DNA of 64,000 nucleotides, taken from NCBI GenBank assembly GCA_051294905.1, contig CM119372.1:33978001-34042000 (forward strand), given 5' to 3'. Every line of letters begins with the position of its first letter. Positions within the stretch are counted from its first letter, which is position 1. This document shows, piece by piece, positions 13,637 through 25,662 of the stretch. The notes under the pieces are model-generated. The model worked only from the letters and a program-made list of their open reading frames with translations. It did not search any database and was not told where the DNA came from. The position numbers and the translations under genes were made by a program. The stretch is from Botryllus schlosseri. Its lineage: Eukaryota.

Positions 13637-15963
13637 ATGTCCATGTGAGAGAAACGTTTTAGGGTAGGCCTACTCATATGTCTCGCAGCGTTCTCTACAT
13701 AATTGTCAATTGCGATACAAACTGTTTGCTTGTATTGGTAAAGCCATCCAACTTCGAATTGTAAAATGTTGGGAGTCTTGATATCAAATTTTTGAAAGGT
13801 GCACTTTGAGAAGATTTCGGAATCTGTCAAATTATACAAAAATTTAGCAAATTCTTTGACATATTTCATCTATTTGGGACTCGATCAACGTAAAAGAATT
13901 GGTAATCATTTTATACAATGTATTGTATTTGTAGTTGAAGTATAGTAATAATTCTTATGGTTACCGCACTTGTAACGATTCACGGCCATAACTGGAATAA
14001 TTAGAATGATGTAACTTTCAAATTGTCATGCATTTTGCAACCACATTGTTCTCAATTTTCAAGGTGCTGACCATTCGAGGAAGAATCACCCACCGGGAAT
14101 TCACGATCCGTAAACGCGGCCGACTGTTTCTCTCCTCAAGCGGAAGCGACAGAGAAGAGGAACGAAGAGAAAAAAGGAGCAGAAATAGCAAGAGTGTGAC
14201 AAGTCGCGTCCGTTCGCTTTAATGCGTATTTCCATCCGCGAAGTAGTAGGTGGGAAAACTAATGGGCGTTTGGTTAGGGCTTATATAAGGTTGACTCCAG
14301 CGCTGTATTTGCTTAATGTTGCTATGAAATAGGGGTGGTGTCATTTGGTATCAATATTGCCTATTGAAAGACCATTTGTTAGTGGTCATGGATTTGTTCG
14401 GCCAGTATGCAGTAATTTCTGATGGTCACTTCCCGGGCTTCTGTTCTCTAACCCCTCATGATTGTTATTCTGCTTCTAGTGAGACTGTCGATTCTAATGT
14501 TTTGTCGTATCATTTGTCGGAGGTTTCGCTCGCTTTATTTACAACGTTTTGCTCTCTGCTAGGTCAATTACTGGCTGAGTATCACTACAGCCTAAGAAAC
14601 TGCACTAATTCTCATTTTAATGTCTTGCTGGTTATCTTGCTGTCAATTCTAATAATTTATTAATGTCTATACCAGTGCCGCCACTCAAATGTTTTGTTCT
14701 CTGTACACAATATTGTTAGGTCTTCAGCTTTCCAGGCAGAGTATCATTCCACTTTCTAGACTTGAGTATATATCTCTCCAACTAGCTGCCAAATAACTGA
14801 TTCATTTGGATTGTTGAATTGATCATTTTGGACAGAATGTGAAGAAATTTTAGTCAAGAATTCTTTTTGTGTTAGTGGCTGTTTTCAAAGAGTGCTGAAG
14901 TAGTCATCGTTGATCTTGATAATCAAGTAGAAGTGACGATTGAAGTCAGTTCTCTAGTCATATAATATTAAAAAATATAATAATAAAACTTGAAAACTTG
15001 AGTGGAAATAGTTCAGAATCGAATCCATTTTAGTAAGTATGGGCGAAAAAAATGTAGGAGTCATTCGTTAGTCGCTACCTCTGCCATTTTCGCAGTACGA
15101 ATGTCTTAGCTATTAATCATCATTTTCATTTTATTTCTGCAGGGTGTTGAGAAAAAAGGCCGCATGCTGGTTATTTAACTGGCTCATCAGAAGATGAAAC
15201 CTGATGATAAGGACTGTTTTCACTTTCTTTCTAAAGACATTCGTTCGTTTGTTCGTTTTATTTTTTACAATGGCATTATTGCCAATTCGTTTGAAATTAA
15301 ATTATCACAAATGTGATTAATATGTAGTAAATAATGTGGTGTGTGTACGCAGCCGTGATCAGGTTAAGCCCATAGTGATAGAAAACAGGTTATTATATCA
15401 GGAGGATCTTCTTCTAACGTAGGATCTACATTCTACTCACCATGTTTAAAGGCTGTAGCATCTGCATAATATTTACATTATTGAAGGACATGGAAAAGAC
15501 GTTGAATTGAGTCGACACAAAATCCCCCTTTCTACGACCTGCCGAGATCTAATATCTACTATATCGGCTCGGCTTTTCTACATCTTTGGTCTGTACTGTG
15601 TTTGCTGGGCGTGGATAAAAGCCGTAAACTTACATGACACTGTACAAGTGTACATGACATCATCGAGAAGTAGCCTCATGGCCATTTTCGGTATGGTACA
15701 CTGTCAAAATTAATACGAACAGACCAACACCGAATTTTGCGTAAAATTTACTGAGGAACAGGCTGATCAAGTGATCAGCTGTTAGCCGCCATCGAAAACG
15801 AAACAGCTATCGCGCTTGACAGGGGGTTGTAATTGTAAGCAAATGGCCTGAAGGCCGCAATTTCACGGTGAAATTGACATTGGAGAACATAAAATAAAAG
15901 TATATATTTGAATGCAAACCGAGAATGTTAGTAAACTGTTTCATGATACCATCATCTCATCAC

Positions 15964-16781
15964 TAGGGCGGTTGTTTTTTGACAAGTCAAAATTTGTCAA
16001 AATTTTGTCAAAATTGTAGCGTTAGGTCAAAATTTGTCAAAATTTTTCAAAAAGTCAAAAATTTTTTGACGTCTGTATTTCGTTTTTATCGTAGATTTTG
16101 TACTGTCGGTGAACTTATTATTTGATATTTTACAGTTTGTAGCCTATTTTATAGGCCTACCGTTGTAAACAGCTAATTGTCTGCTCATTGTGAATCATAA
16201 ATCGTCAAATAAAACAAATAGGTAGACACGGTGTTATGGTCAACGTACCGCAATATCCTAACTAAAGACTTCTTGGGCATTGCATCATTCTCATGTTAAG
16301 AAGCGCTTGATGAAAAATTGTGATGTTGACAACACTGTCAGAATGAAGCAACACGGTGTCGGACGTCCTTGGCAAGTTTCTTAGTAAGGACATGCATTTT
16401 CTACCAAAGAATATAGGAAAGTGGCCTATCTCTTGTTGCACTACAAAAAGTCTTAATTATTTCTTCCATAATACATATTGTAACCACTGGAATTCTTCAT
16501 AGGGCCAGATTCCGTTAAAATATTGGTTTTTTCATGTAAAAAGTTGCCTGTTTCTGAGCCAAAAACATTTTTTCAGGCCAAACTACTTCGTTAGGACAGC
16601 CAGTTCCAACCAGAAATGAAGATAAGTGGAACAATTTTGTGGGAAATGTGGGAAAACACCTAATTTGCATACGTTAGGTCAAAATTTGGTCAAAATTCAG
16701 TTTATTTGGGCCAAAAAAAGTCAAAATTTTGATTTTTAGGTCAAAATTTTCCTTTTTTTAGGTAAAAAAAAACCCGCCCTA
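15964..16781. mobile_element. hAT-type MITE with (GTCAAAA)n arrays, nested in hAT copy 1
   Basis: TIRs TAGGGCGG / CCGCCCTA. TSD CTCATCAC. Empty site in copy 2 at ~43125-43140. Confidence 0.9.
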
Positions 16782-17879
16782 CTCATCACCTATCTCAGTA
16801 TTAAACACAGTTAACGTTAACACAGATACACCGGCTTTTGCGTGAAATCCGCAATGCGTTAGGTAGGCTAAGTGTCAGATCAGCGCACATCTCTACCATA
16901 CTCGGCCTTGATAACGAAATTGCTGCCCTAATCATTGGGTGCCAACCTTGAGACTTGGCACAGCGTTCGATACTAAAATCAAGACATACCGTACAAAAGC
17001 TCATGGCGGATCCAGGTAAGGAGCATCGTTAAAATCAATAGAGACCAATACCGGCTTTGCGTAAAATCTGTTTGCGATAAATGACGAGTCAGCTCTCACT
17101 CGACTTAGGAAACGAAATTACCACTAACATAGTTCAGTGACAAACTTAAAACTTGGTACAGCGTTCGATACTAACATTAGGACTTACCGTACCAAATGTC
17201 ATGACCGATCTCGGTATGGAACATCGTCAAAATCAATGGATACCAATACCGGCTATTGAGTAAAATCTGTTTGCGATATATGACGAATCAGCACAACCTC
17301 AACTTCGGAAACGGAATTACTACCCTAAACTTTAAGTAAAAACCCTGAAACTTGGGGCAGTGTTAAATACCACCATCACGACATGACATACCAAGTTTCA
17401 AGAATTATCATAGTGTGAAATACCATCAAAATCGACCTATACCAGCAAACGTCGACTAAACGCATATGACGGTAACCGAGTTCAGATATAGATACGATTG
17501 TTACATCACACCTTAAGGGCAACAGACCTATGTTGCCCCACTTGCTCGGTAATTTGATGAATAGGAGAGAGTAAATCACCATTTCTTTATTGTGCGCGGC
17601 TTTGAGAGAATAGATAGTGAAAGCTTATTATGAGCGCTACCGGGGCATGCCCCGGCTAGGCATTCGTAAAGCGAAAACATAGGAGAGAATTCGATTTTCG
17701 CTGTGATTTCGGTATATATAGATTGCTGTGCGTCTATAAATGGTAAAGAATTGTTATTGAACAGAATTTTAGGTGGGGCAATGCCCCAGTTGCCCTATAG
17801 GACGAGCCGCCACTGCTATAGTAACATAGCAATTTGAAACTAAACAATAACAAACACGAATTGGAACGCACTAATGGGA

Positions 17880-18480
17880 AATTTGTAAGTTATACAGAAA
17901 ATCTTTTTGTCTACAAAAAATAGGCTTGGTCAATTGGATGATTGTTGATTGTAAGGCTTTCAAATGAAACAAGGATCTTCCTCGCGCAATGACAGTAAAC
18001 ATTTGGTCATTATAGTTTTGAGCACAAGAAGGGTTCTAACTTAAATGTTGGCCAATTGCCGAAGCGTATGCTTGGTAATCGTCATTACAGTCGGTTTTTG
18101 GGGCTAATTTGCATTGTCGTGCGAACTCCGTACGGTCATTTGCGCAAGTTTTTGAGCGAATCAATTTGGGAATGTGTTGCGTTATCCGTTCAAACAATCT
18201 TTGTGATGTACGTCCCACATACCTACTATCACAGTGGCACTTAAATTCGTAGACGACGTTAGTTGCATTTAAAGCAGGAAGTTCATCCTTTCGGAAGTTT
18301 GGCAGAAGTGGTTTGGTTGTATACACCACATGCGCTAATGAATTATTATTTATTACCCTCTTTTTCTATGGTGAATTTCAGTGACGGGTGCAGACCATTC
18401 AATTTGCTCAGAAACAAATCACACTGGTATTCATTCTCAAATATGGCGAAGGTGTCATCAACATTTCTTTGAAACTCCGC
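17880..18480 (-). pseudogene. Penelope-like retroelement remnant (GIY-YIG endonuclease, partial RT)
   Basis: 'NVVYEFKCHCDSRYVGRTSQRLFERITQHIP...SAIGQHL'; related to 6017-6851. Confidence 0.85.
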
Positions 18481-19287
18481 TTCGGCCTTATTTTTTTTCG
18501 CGTGTCTGTTATTTATCCTGATGATGACTCATAGTAATCACGGGCACTGATTGATTTGTTTTACGGATTAGGGATTTAGAAAGGTATCACGAAACAATTT
18601 GAAGCACAGACTGTGTAACGTGTAATGTGACAATAGCAACAAAGAATGCTTGAATGAATTAAACTATACGGAAAGAGTGACTTTCTTGTGACTTTAATTG
18701 TTAGAGCATACTTTGCTATATTGACTTTATTTGAATCTGGATTACGCATGCGAGGTGCGCGTAATCGCGGCATGTTAATGAACAGGCTTCAAAGTAAAAG
18801 AATTTCCTGTTCAGTTTTCAAAGCATATGGTTTTAATCCACGGAGCAAGATTCAAAAGTAGGTTTTATGTTCTCGCGGGTCGCTCAGAATTGCCCAGATC
18901 TGCGCCGGGACGTTATTGTTTGCCCTGGTCTGACCTAGGCTGACCCGGTTGAAGAGCCCTGGTTTAGTATACACTCTAATCCGCGACAATTGCAATATTA
19001 TATCGCTTTTTGAGAATTTGAATTAGTGCTACGTCACGATTCGTGCCACATCTTAAGAATTGGAAAACTACTCACCCAATGCTTGTATACCTCGTCTAAT
19101 CGGCGTGGTCGGTGAAATTTGGTGTGATTAGGCCTTGGCCTTGGAAGATCATATTGTTCGGTTTATTAGCAATTTTTATCAGTTCAATACACCACAAAAA
19201 TTGCGATACAAGGAAATGATAGGAAGGTGTCGAAACGACTTGGAGTAGTCTTTGGAATCAGACACCTAGGTCTACCTTGGCCTAGAT

Positions 19288-20211
19288 CACTGGTTTTCAA
19301 CCGAGAGTCCGCGCCGACCCCTCGGGGTCCGCAAAGCATTTTCAGGGAGTCCGCGAAACCTGCAAATTTGCCTAATGAATAATGACGTAATTTATATATA
19401 TATTAAATAGAGAAATCACGAGGTAGTTTTGCTTCCTAATTGCTAAAACTTCTGGACTCCCATCAACAGCATCGCCGTCTGAGATGAAACATCCTACTGT
19501 GCAAACACATTTTAATTGCAAAATTCCCAATTGCCTACTGATACAGACATATTGCCCTTTGGGGATGTGTAGTCGGGGTGTGTGGAAATTTTTTTTAAAA
19601 AAGTTAGAGCAGTAAGGTCAATCAGGGTGACTTCTAAATGTTTGCAAAACATTTTGGATTTGAAGTTCTCAGTCTTAGCAAATCAGTGAACGTGCAGTCG
19701 TTCGAAATTGAAATTCCTGAATTTTTCTTTTACTAATATTATGCCCCATGCAATAGGATTGAAACCTCGCCACGGAATCCATTTTCTCGTGTGATTTACA
19801 AAACCGCTAGTCTGGAATAACTTCAAGATTAGCTGCTGGAGATAAATGACTGTCTGACTGTTCTTCAATTTTTGTGCCATATGGTGATCATACCCTAAGG
19901 TGTCTTCGGAAGCATTACGCTTGAATATTACATTTGCCTCCATATATCTTTGTAAAAATGGATTTTCAGCAATCGTTTATATCAAATTTTTAAGACACGA
20001 CTGCGTATTTATGCCCCATTTTTAGTATGTTGTATGATGCTACTTTTAAGAAAAGTCAATTTGCTGCTGTTTAGCCGACCGTTAATATTTGCATAAGCGA
20101 GATGACGAATGCGTAATAATTGAGCTAAATTTGAAATAAAACTTGATGGGGTCCGCGGTGATCCGTAACGGTGCAAAGGGGTCCGCGAAGACAAAAGGTT
20201 GATAACCACTG
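19288..20211. mobile_element. hAT (Charlie-like) MITE
   Basis: Termini CACTGGTTTTCAACC / GGTTGATAACCACTG with GGGTCCGCG motifs; TSD degenerate. Confidence 0.7.
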
Positions 20212-20439
20212 CTGGTCTAGGCGATGTGCAGTGGATAGGCATGCACACTGAAAGAAAAGTAATAGGATAGTACAAAAAAGCGCCGTTATTATCGAACACT
20301 ATTTGACTCTTGCCGTGCTCAGCTCATGGTCTCAAATCGATGATCCACCTCGGCCTAGTGCCCGATGTCACAGTTCTTTTCGATGTTGATATCTATTCCG
20401 CGGTGCTTTCCATTCTCTGTGAGTGCGTTCATTCATCGG

Positions 20440-20570
20440 GTCTTTTCTAGGCCTTTTCTCTCGCCATAAAAACAGCGACGCGAGGAAGGAGGAGCCCTGA
20501 TAAACCTCCGACGCGGAATAGAACTCGGGCCGCCCGGCTAGCAGGCGCTTATCGTCACCACCCTGGGCCT
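20440..20570 (-). mobile_element. tRNA-derived SINE head remnant (related piece at ~12405-12520)
   Basis: Minus strand has a B-box-like GAGTTCTATTCC and a tRNA-like 5' part. Both loci share the GAGGAGCC..GATAAAC motif. Confidence 0.4.
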
Positions 20571-20859
20571 AATATGAATGTATCAACAAATATATCAGTC
20601 TGATTTAAATCATGCACGAGGTTCGTCGAGAGTAGCACTGAACAAAAAGACACCGCTATAGAATACTTATAGTCTACGACAACGTAAGCTCTATAATCAC
20701 TTCGTTTGCGGTCAATTTATTTGTGACTTGTGCTGAAGGAAACTGAGTAAAACCAGCTGCACAATCGTTAAATGACCGCTGGTTGCTCACACAGATCGTG
20801 TCAGCGTGGCGAGAACATGTAGGCTACGTACATTCCTACAGGTACAGCTATTTCGTCGA

Positions 20860-21067
20860 CACCTATTGTATCGTCTTATCGTCTTATGTTCTCTACATAC
20901 TTTTCATTCAGTGTGCATGCCTCTTATTTACTTCGCCTAGGCTAAGGTGGGTGTCTGATCTTAATGGCTACTCCAAGTTGTTTCGACACCTTCCTATCTT
21001 TTCATTGTATCGCAGTCTTGTGATGTTTTGAAACGATGAAAATATTAATAAACCTGATTGATTGATC
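20860..21067 (+). repeat. Dispersed repeat, probable LINE/SINE 3' end (second copy ~29150-29374)
   Basis: Shared TTTCATTCAGTGTGCATGCCTC...AAGGTGGGTGTC...TTCATTGTATC, then AATAAA and a short microsatellite tail ((ATTG)n / (ATG)n). Confidence 0.65.
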
Positions 21068-22436
21068 GTAGAGGCATCTGAAAAAGTTGACTGGAGTCTG
21101 ACTCGAGTCGGCCCAACACTGGGGTCTGGGTGGCGACCCAACACCTGCTATATACGCTGCATTGTTGCTATTCTTTAGTTTCCATTCATGTTGTTTACAC
21201 ATTCTACATTATTGCGTTATAATGAGCTTGTTCTGAATCTTACTCTGTTGTGTCCTTTATCGTGATAACAAGTGATTTGTGGTACAGAACTTCAGAATAA
21301 CGCGAAACAATAACTTCATATTGTTAATTTATTCGCTAAAAGCTTTTCGACTAACTCTCATCAGTAGCGAACGTTAGTGATGGGGTGAATCAAATTCGAA
21401 ATGTAAGAACTATTTTGTCTGTATGACGTAATAATAACAAAAACAAACAACTAGTAGACGGGCTAGATACGGTAGTTATCGTGATAACAGACACGTTATC
21501 AGTTCTTCGAGTCGATAAACGTTGATATGAACTGAACTTCTACTTCAGTAGAAAATTACGGTGTTACTTCTACTTTAGCACCGACGGCGATTACTTCGAC
21601 CACTACTTTTGAGGGACAGCAACTTGGTTGACAGCGAGTAGGCTACTTGAAATTAAGTAGATCCGCACTCTTGAAACGTCAAATTATTTTTGCAAAGTTA
21701 GCCTATACTCAAGTCAAGTCTTTTAATAAGTAGACTCGGGTCATGTCACGATTAGAGTCGTCTCAAAACTGCTAGAAACTTGAGATTTGTAGTTAGCAAA
21801 AATGCTCCAAGAAATATACCTACCTGTATTGCACTAGTATACATTGCAGTAGAAAAATCTAGATGGTCAAAGGTTGCCTCCGGGATTGCATGATGCGTCT
21901 AACGTAAATTGGCTAATTGCGTTACACACACATGCTATATTGCATGTAGTTTTGACAATTTCACTCATATCAGCATTGCGAACACATCCTAAAACCGATC
22001 TTTGCACACAGAATCCAAAGTGCAAAATGTATGCAGTTTTGGCCAAAATGTAGTAGTCAAAAATATAACTACTTAAGTACTACATAGCCACTTCAGCACC
22101 CTCGTAAAGCGGAAGTTATCGACCGCCCCTGCCTAAAATTCAGCAGTGGTAATGCAAATCCTGGTACCAGCCTTCTACTAAACCGCCTGCTCTGATATTA
22201 AAACTAAGCTCTACTTTGAAGGTTACTCCAGAAGAAAACATTCCCCTTCAAACACGTGGATTTCTAGATCCCCACCAAAACATTTCGAGACATTACGAGT
22301 TTTATTCGCGTGATGAAAACATTTCATATAAAAACAAAGAAATTCGTCAGCCGATCAAACAAGTACACCAAGTCAGACCACAATACAGCAAATAATAAAA
22401 TCCTTAATAAATACCAAGTGACTTTACAGAAAGTAT

Positions 22437-24677
22437 TCAATCCAACACATCCATATCGGTGTAGGAATCTGCGTTTGGACTGGAATTGATGTAGTTTGAG
22501 CAACACGCCACCTCTGTCTCGTCCTCTCTGGGTACTTTTACATCGGAAGCTTCAGGATTAAGTCCATTCAAATTATTACACGGTTTGCTGGCCACGTTCT
22601 GTACCTTATCGGGGATACCATCTGTGGAATCACTGTGTTTTACCGACGCATCAGCGTTTCGCCTTCGATAAAATAATACGTATGACGATTTGGTCACCAA
22701 CCGGTCCAATGACTTGACTCTTGTAACGTTACTATCGTCACAAAATCTCCATCCGGGCCCGGAACCATCGCTGAGTGTTACGAACGAAGTGTAGTGGCCC
22801 CCGTGCAGAGCACCATGATGGTTGGCCACCGCGAAAAGGTCGTAGATCGGATCTGGATCTTCTGCGTTAACGCAAAACGGACGCAAGTCCAGCCCCTCGA
22901 TCGGGAAATTGACCAAGTCGTCCACCTTGCGTCGCCACAGCCGGTTTTGAAGCGAAAATCTTTTCAGTTGGATTATCAACACTTCCGGCAACTTCCACAG
23001 AGACAGTTCTTTGGTGGCTTTTCTGCTTTCTTTGCATTGCGGGCAGTGCCACGCTTCTTCTGCCGCCAGCACTTCCGGCTCTGTGAACAACCTCAAACAG
23101 TCTGTGATGTCCAGTCCGGTAGATGTCTTCGAATTTACAGTGGCTTTTGGACAGACCACGAAGTCTGTCCCCCATTCGAGTACGACCCGAGAAGCGTTTC
23201 CGAAATCGAGGGCGCCGTCTTTCTTCAAAGGATGTTCCTTGGTCGTTTCGCAACATTTGTACATTTTAAAGTCATCTTCTTTGTGGATGCACGATACTTT
23301 CGATAAAGATTCGGCGTCCTGTGAACTTTTACGCGAAATTTCGACTGAAAAATCAAGCCACTTGTTGACTTTATGTAAAAACGAGTCGACCGACACGTTT
23401 TCCGGAACTTGCACCACAAACGGCACGCCTACGAAGTTCGGCAGGCACGTCGTTTTATGCTTCGACCAATCCGCGCCCTGGCACTCGCGACTGCAATACC
23501 CCACGTTCTTGCATTTTGTACACCTCATTATTTTTACGTTATGTTCTTTCGCGGTTTTGTCGCAATTCCGGCATACGTCACTCGTGTTTTGGCGTTGCAA
23601 AACCACGACCGTACGTGTATCTACGTCGCCTGACATGCGTTCTTTTTGTAGCACGATGAGAGTAGCGTAGCGACAGTATGTAAGAGATGATGTTTTTGTC
23701 ATTTCCTCGCACTCGTAAGACGAAGTGATGTTGAGCAATTTCAAACTCTCAAACGGAACGTTATATTTGACGCTTGCTGCCGCCAGTAGGTGCGACGCCG
23801 TTTCTGTACCCGAAACCAGCACGTCAAACGTAGCGGGTCCGATCTCCTCACCGCAAAACGTAACACCGATTCTCATTTTCCCTTGCGGAATGGGTACGGA
23901 CAAAAACACGAATGGATCGAAAGTGGTCGATCGTTTATCGCACTGCGGACAAGTCAGTCTCGATTTTAGCATACCGTGAAATAAATCGACTATATAAGAA
24001 TCGTTACGCGACTTGTGCAACTTCCATAGTTCTTCCGCGATGGCCTTGTCCGGAAAATTACTGAGATCAGGCGTCTCGAAAAGTGGCTTGTCGACGACTC
24101 GATTCAGGTCTTCGTGCAATAAATCCAGAAAAAAGGCCAGAAACTCTTGAGCGTCGTGCTGCATGAAGCCGGAGAATTGAGACGCGCGCTTTGAAACGAC
24201 AGCCTTCAACTCGTAAGGCGGGTAAGTTCCGGATGACTGGGACCAGATGCGTTTTAGCGTTGTGTGATATTTATCAGCCAGAACGCCCCCGGTGCCCAGC
24301 CTGTTGGCGTAATTTAAATCCTTCCGAAACCGACAGGTCAGGAAGTAGTCGCGTAACTCTTTCAGGTTAGCCAGCGATTGTAAGATACAGTTCATAAAGC
24401 AGGTGTTGCCGATGTTCGACAGGCCCGTGAAGCCAGCCTCTTCGCGGTCTGGGATTTGATTGGGTGTGGTTTTGGACGGCTGCGGTGTCTCTTTAATACG
24501 ATCCAATTTGGCACGGTTTCCAACGGATGAGCTGACAAACTCATTTATCGGGTTTTTGTTCTCTATTAGAATGTCATCATTGGATTTCGGTCTCTCGAAC
24601 CGTTGGGGAGTATTGTTCGCGATCCGCGCGCCGCCGAGCAACGGTTCGTTGATTTGCCCCTCGATTTTGATTGTCAT
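22437..24677 (-). CDS. USP19: Ubiquitin-specific protease with inserted MYND zinc finger (USP19-like), single uninterrupted ORF, 746 aa
   Basis: Cys box GLSNIGNTCFMNCILQSL, QHDAQEF, split CPQC..CPQC finger, MYND 'CRNC..CTKCKNVGYCSRECQGADWSKHKTTC', His box 'YDLFAVANHHGALHGGHYTSF', 'WRFCDDSNV'. AATAAA on the minus strand at ~22301-22306. USP plus MYND is characteristic of USP19; the symbol means USP19-like. Confidence 0.88.
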   Translation of the reverse strand: MTIKIEGQINEPLLGGARIANNTPQRFERPKSNDDILIENKNPINEFVSSSVGNRAKLDRIKETPQPSKTTPNQIPDREEAGFTGLSNIGNTCFMNCILQSLANLKELRDYFLTCRFRKDLNYANRLGTGGVLADKYHTTLKRIWSQSSGTYPPYELKAVVSKRASQFSGFMQHDAQEFLAFFLDLLHEDLNRVVDKPLFETPDLSNFPDKAIAEELWKLHKSRNDSYIVDLFHGMLKSRLTCPQCDKRSTTFDPFVFLSVPIPQGKMRIGVTFCGEEIGPATFDVLVSGTETASHLLAAASVKYNVPFESLKLLNITSSYECEEMTKTSSLTYCRYATLIVLQKERMSGDVDTRTVVVLQRQNTSDVCRNCDKTAKEHNVKIMRCTKCKNVGYCSRECQGADWSKHKTTCLPNFVGVPFVVQVPENVSVDSFLHKVNKWLDFSVEISRKSSQDAESLSKVSCIHKEDDFKMYKCCETTKEHPLKKDGALDFGNASRVVLEWGTDFVVCPKATVNSKTSTGLDITDCLRLFTEPEVLAAEEAWHCPQCKESRKATKELSLWKLPEVLIIQLKRFSLQNRLWRRKVDDLVNFPIEGLDLRPFCVNAEDPDPIYDLFAVANHHGALHGGHYTSFVTLSDGSGPGWRFCDDSNVTRVKSLDRLVTKSSYVLFYRRRNADASVKHSDSTDGIPDKVQNVASKPCNNLNGLNPEASDVKVPREDETEVACCSNYINSSPNADSYTDMDVLD

Positions 24678-25662
24678 TTTCTATCGCCAAGATAAATAGA
24701 AAATATGGTGCAATATCTGTGAAATAGGATGCGGGTATGAGATTGATGTCATATGTAAACTATGGTCGTGATCAAGGCAGGGCACTATGATTCAAATACA
24801 CTCATCAAATTGTTTATTACGGTAATTGTTGTAATTTGAAGAGCTTCTTGGAGGTGTGGAACTACACTATACAATTGAATAGTATATTTTCATTTGGGTT
24901 CCTTCAAGACGACCTTTATCAAAATATGCCAACCAAATGTGTGCCTGCAGGAGCTCGTGTACCATCTAAAAATATTGCAGCAAAATAATACATGAAGCTC
25001 TCTCTTCGCCCCGAGTATTCCAAATTTCATCCCGGTGATGTCGTATTTGGTGACACGATTGTCGATACCGTATACAATGCTTTTTCCAATTCTCTACTAC
25101 TTGCTGACGATTACCCCTGACGAGTGTCGGTCAAGAACATTCGGGTTTATTTCAAAATGAATATAGGCCTACTATTCAATTGTGATAATTCGTGTTGGGT
25201 AGTGAAGCGAAGTGAGAGTCGTTTCTTCCTGTACTGAAATTATACAGTTATACAACTCTTTGCACTAAGAATCGCAATATCATGGAGAATTATAGTTTCG
25301 CTCTGTGTTTCCCACAGTATAATCCTTGAAACCTGGATTTATCGAGGACAGCATCCAAAATATGGCGTAGGCCCTACAAAGCTACGAACGTTGCACATAA
25401 CTGGAAATTACATCTCTAACATAAAGTGCAAAGACTCTTGGCATAAAGGCAAATAGTTGCATTACGAATCCTTACAATTGATACTCGACTAGACAAGACA
25501 AATTTTTAGTAGATCGATTGTTTGGTTAGGAATAAGTTCAGTTTGTTAATTGATAATTTCATCTTTCCAAAACACCACAAGATTGCGATGAAGTCGAAGG
25601 ATAAAATGGCGCCAAAGTGACTTGAATTAGTCGTCCAATGAAACATGTTTGTTGGCCTAGCT

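Larger units (their letters stand above)
9950..15609. mobile_element. CACTA/EnSpm-type (CMC) element with CCCAG termini, nested in hAT copy 1
   Basis: TIRs CCCAGCAAACACA / TGTGTTTGCTGGG. 2-bp TSD CG, deduced from the uninterrupted site AATACGTGGAT in hAT copy 2 (~43466-43477). Confidence 0.8.
9404..17815 (-). mobile_element. hAT (ZMYM1-like transposase family) deletion derivative, copy 1, expanded by nested insertions
   Basis: TIRs CAGTGGCGGCTCGT / ACGAGCCGCCACTG. TSD CTATAGTA (9396-9403, 17816-17823). Colinear, in reverse orientation, with 42255-46095; retains only the first codons of the transposase (~9600-9635). Confidence 0.9.

Noticed and set aside
22794..23979. Long antisense/alternative-frame ORFs (170, 219, 129 aa)
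   Set aside because: Shadows of the GC-richer USP ORF; no domain features.
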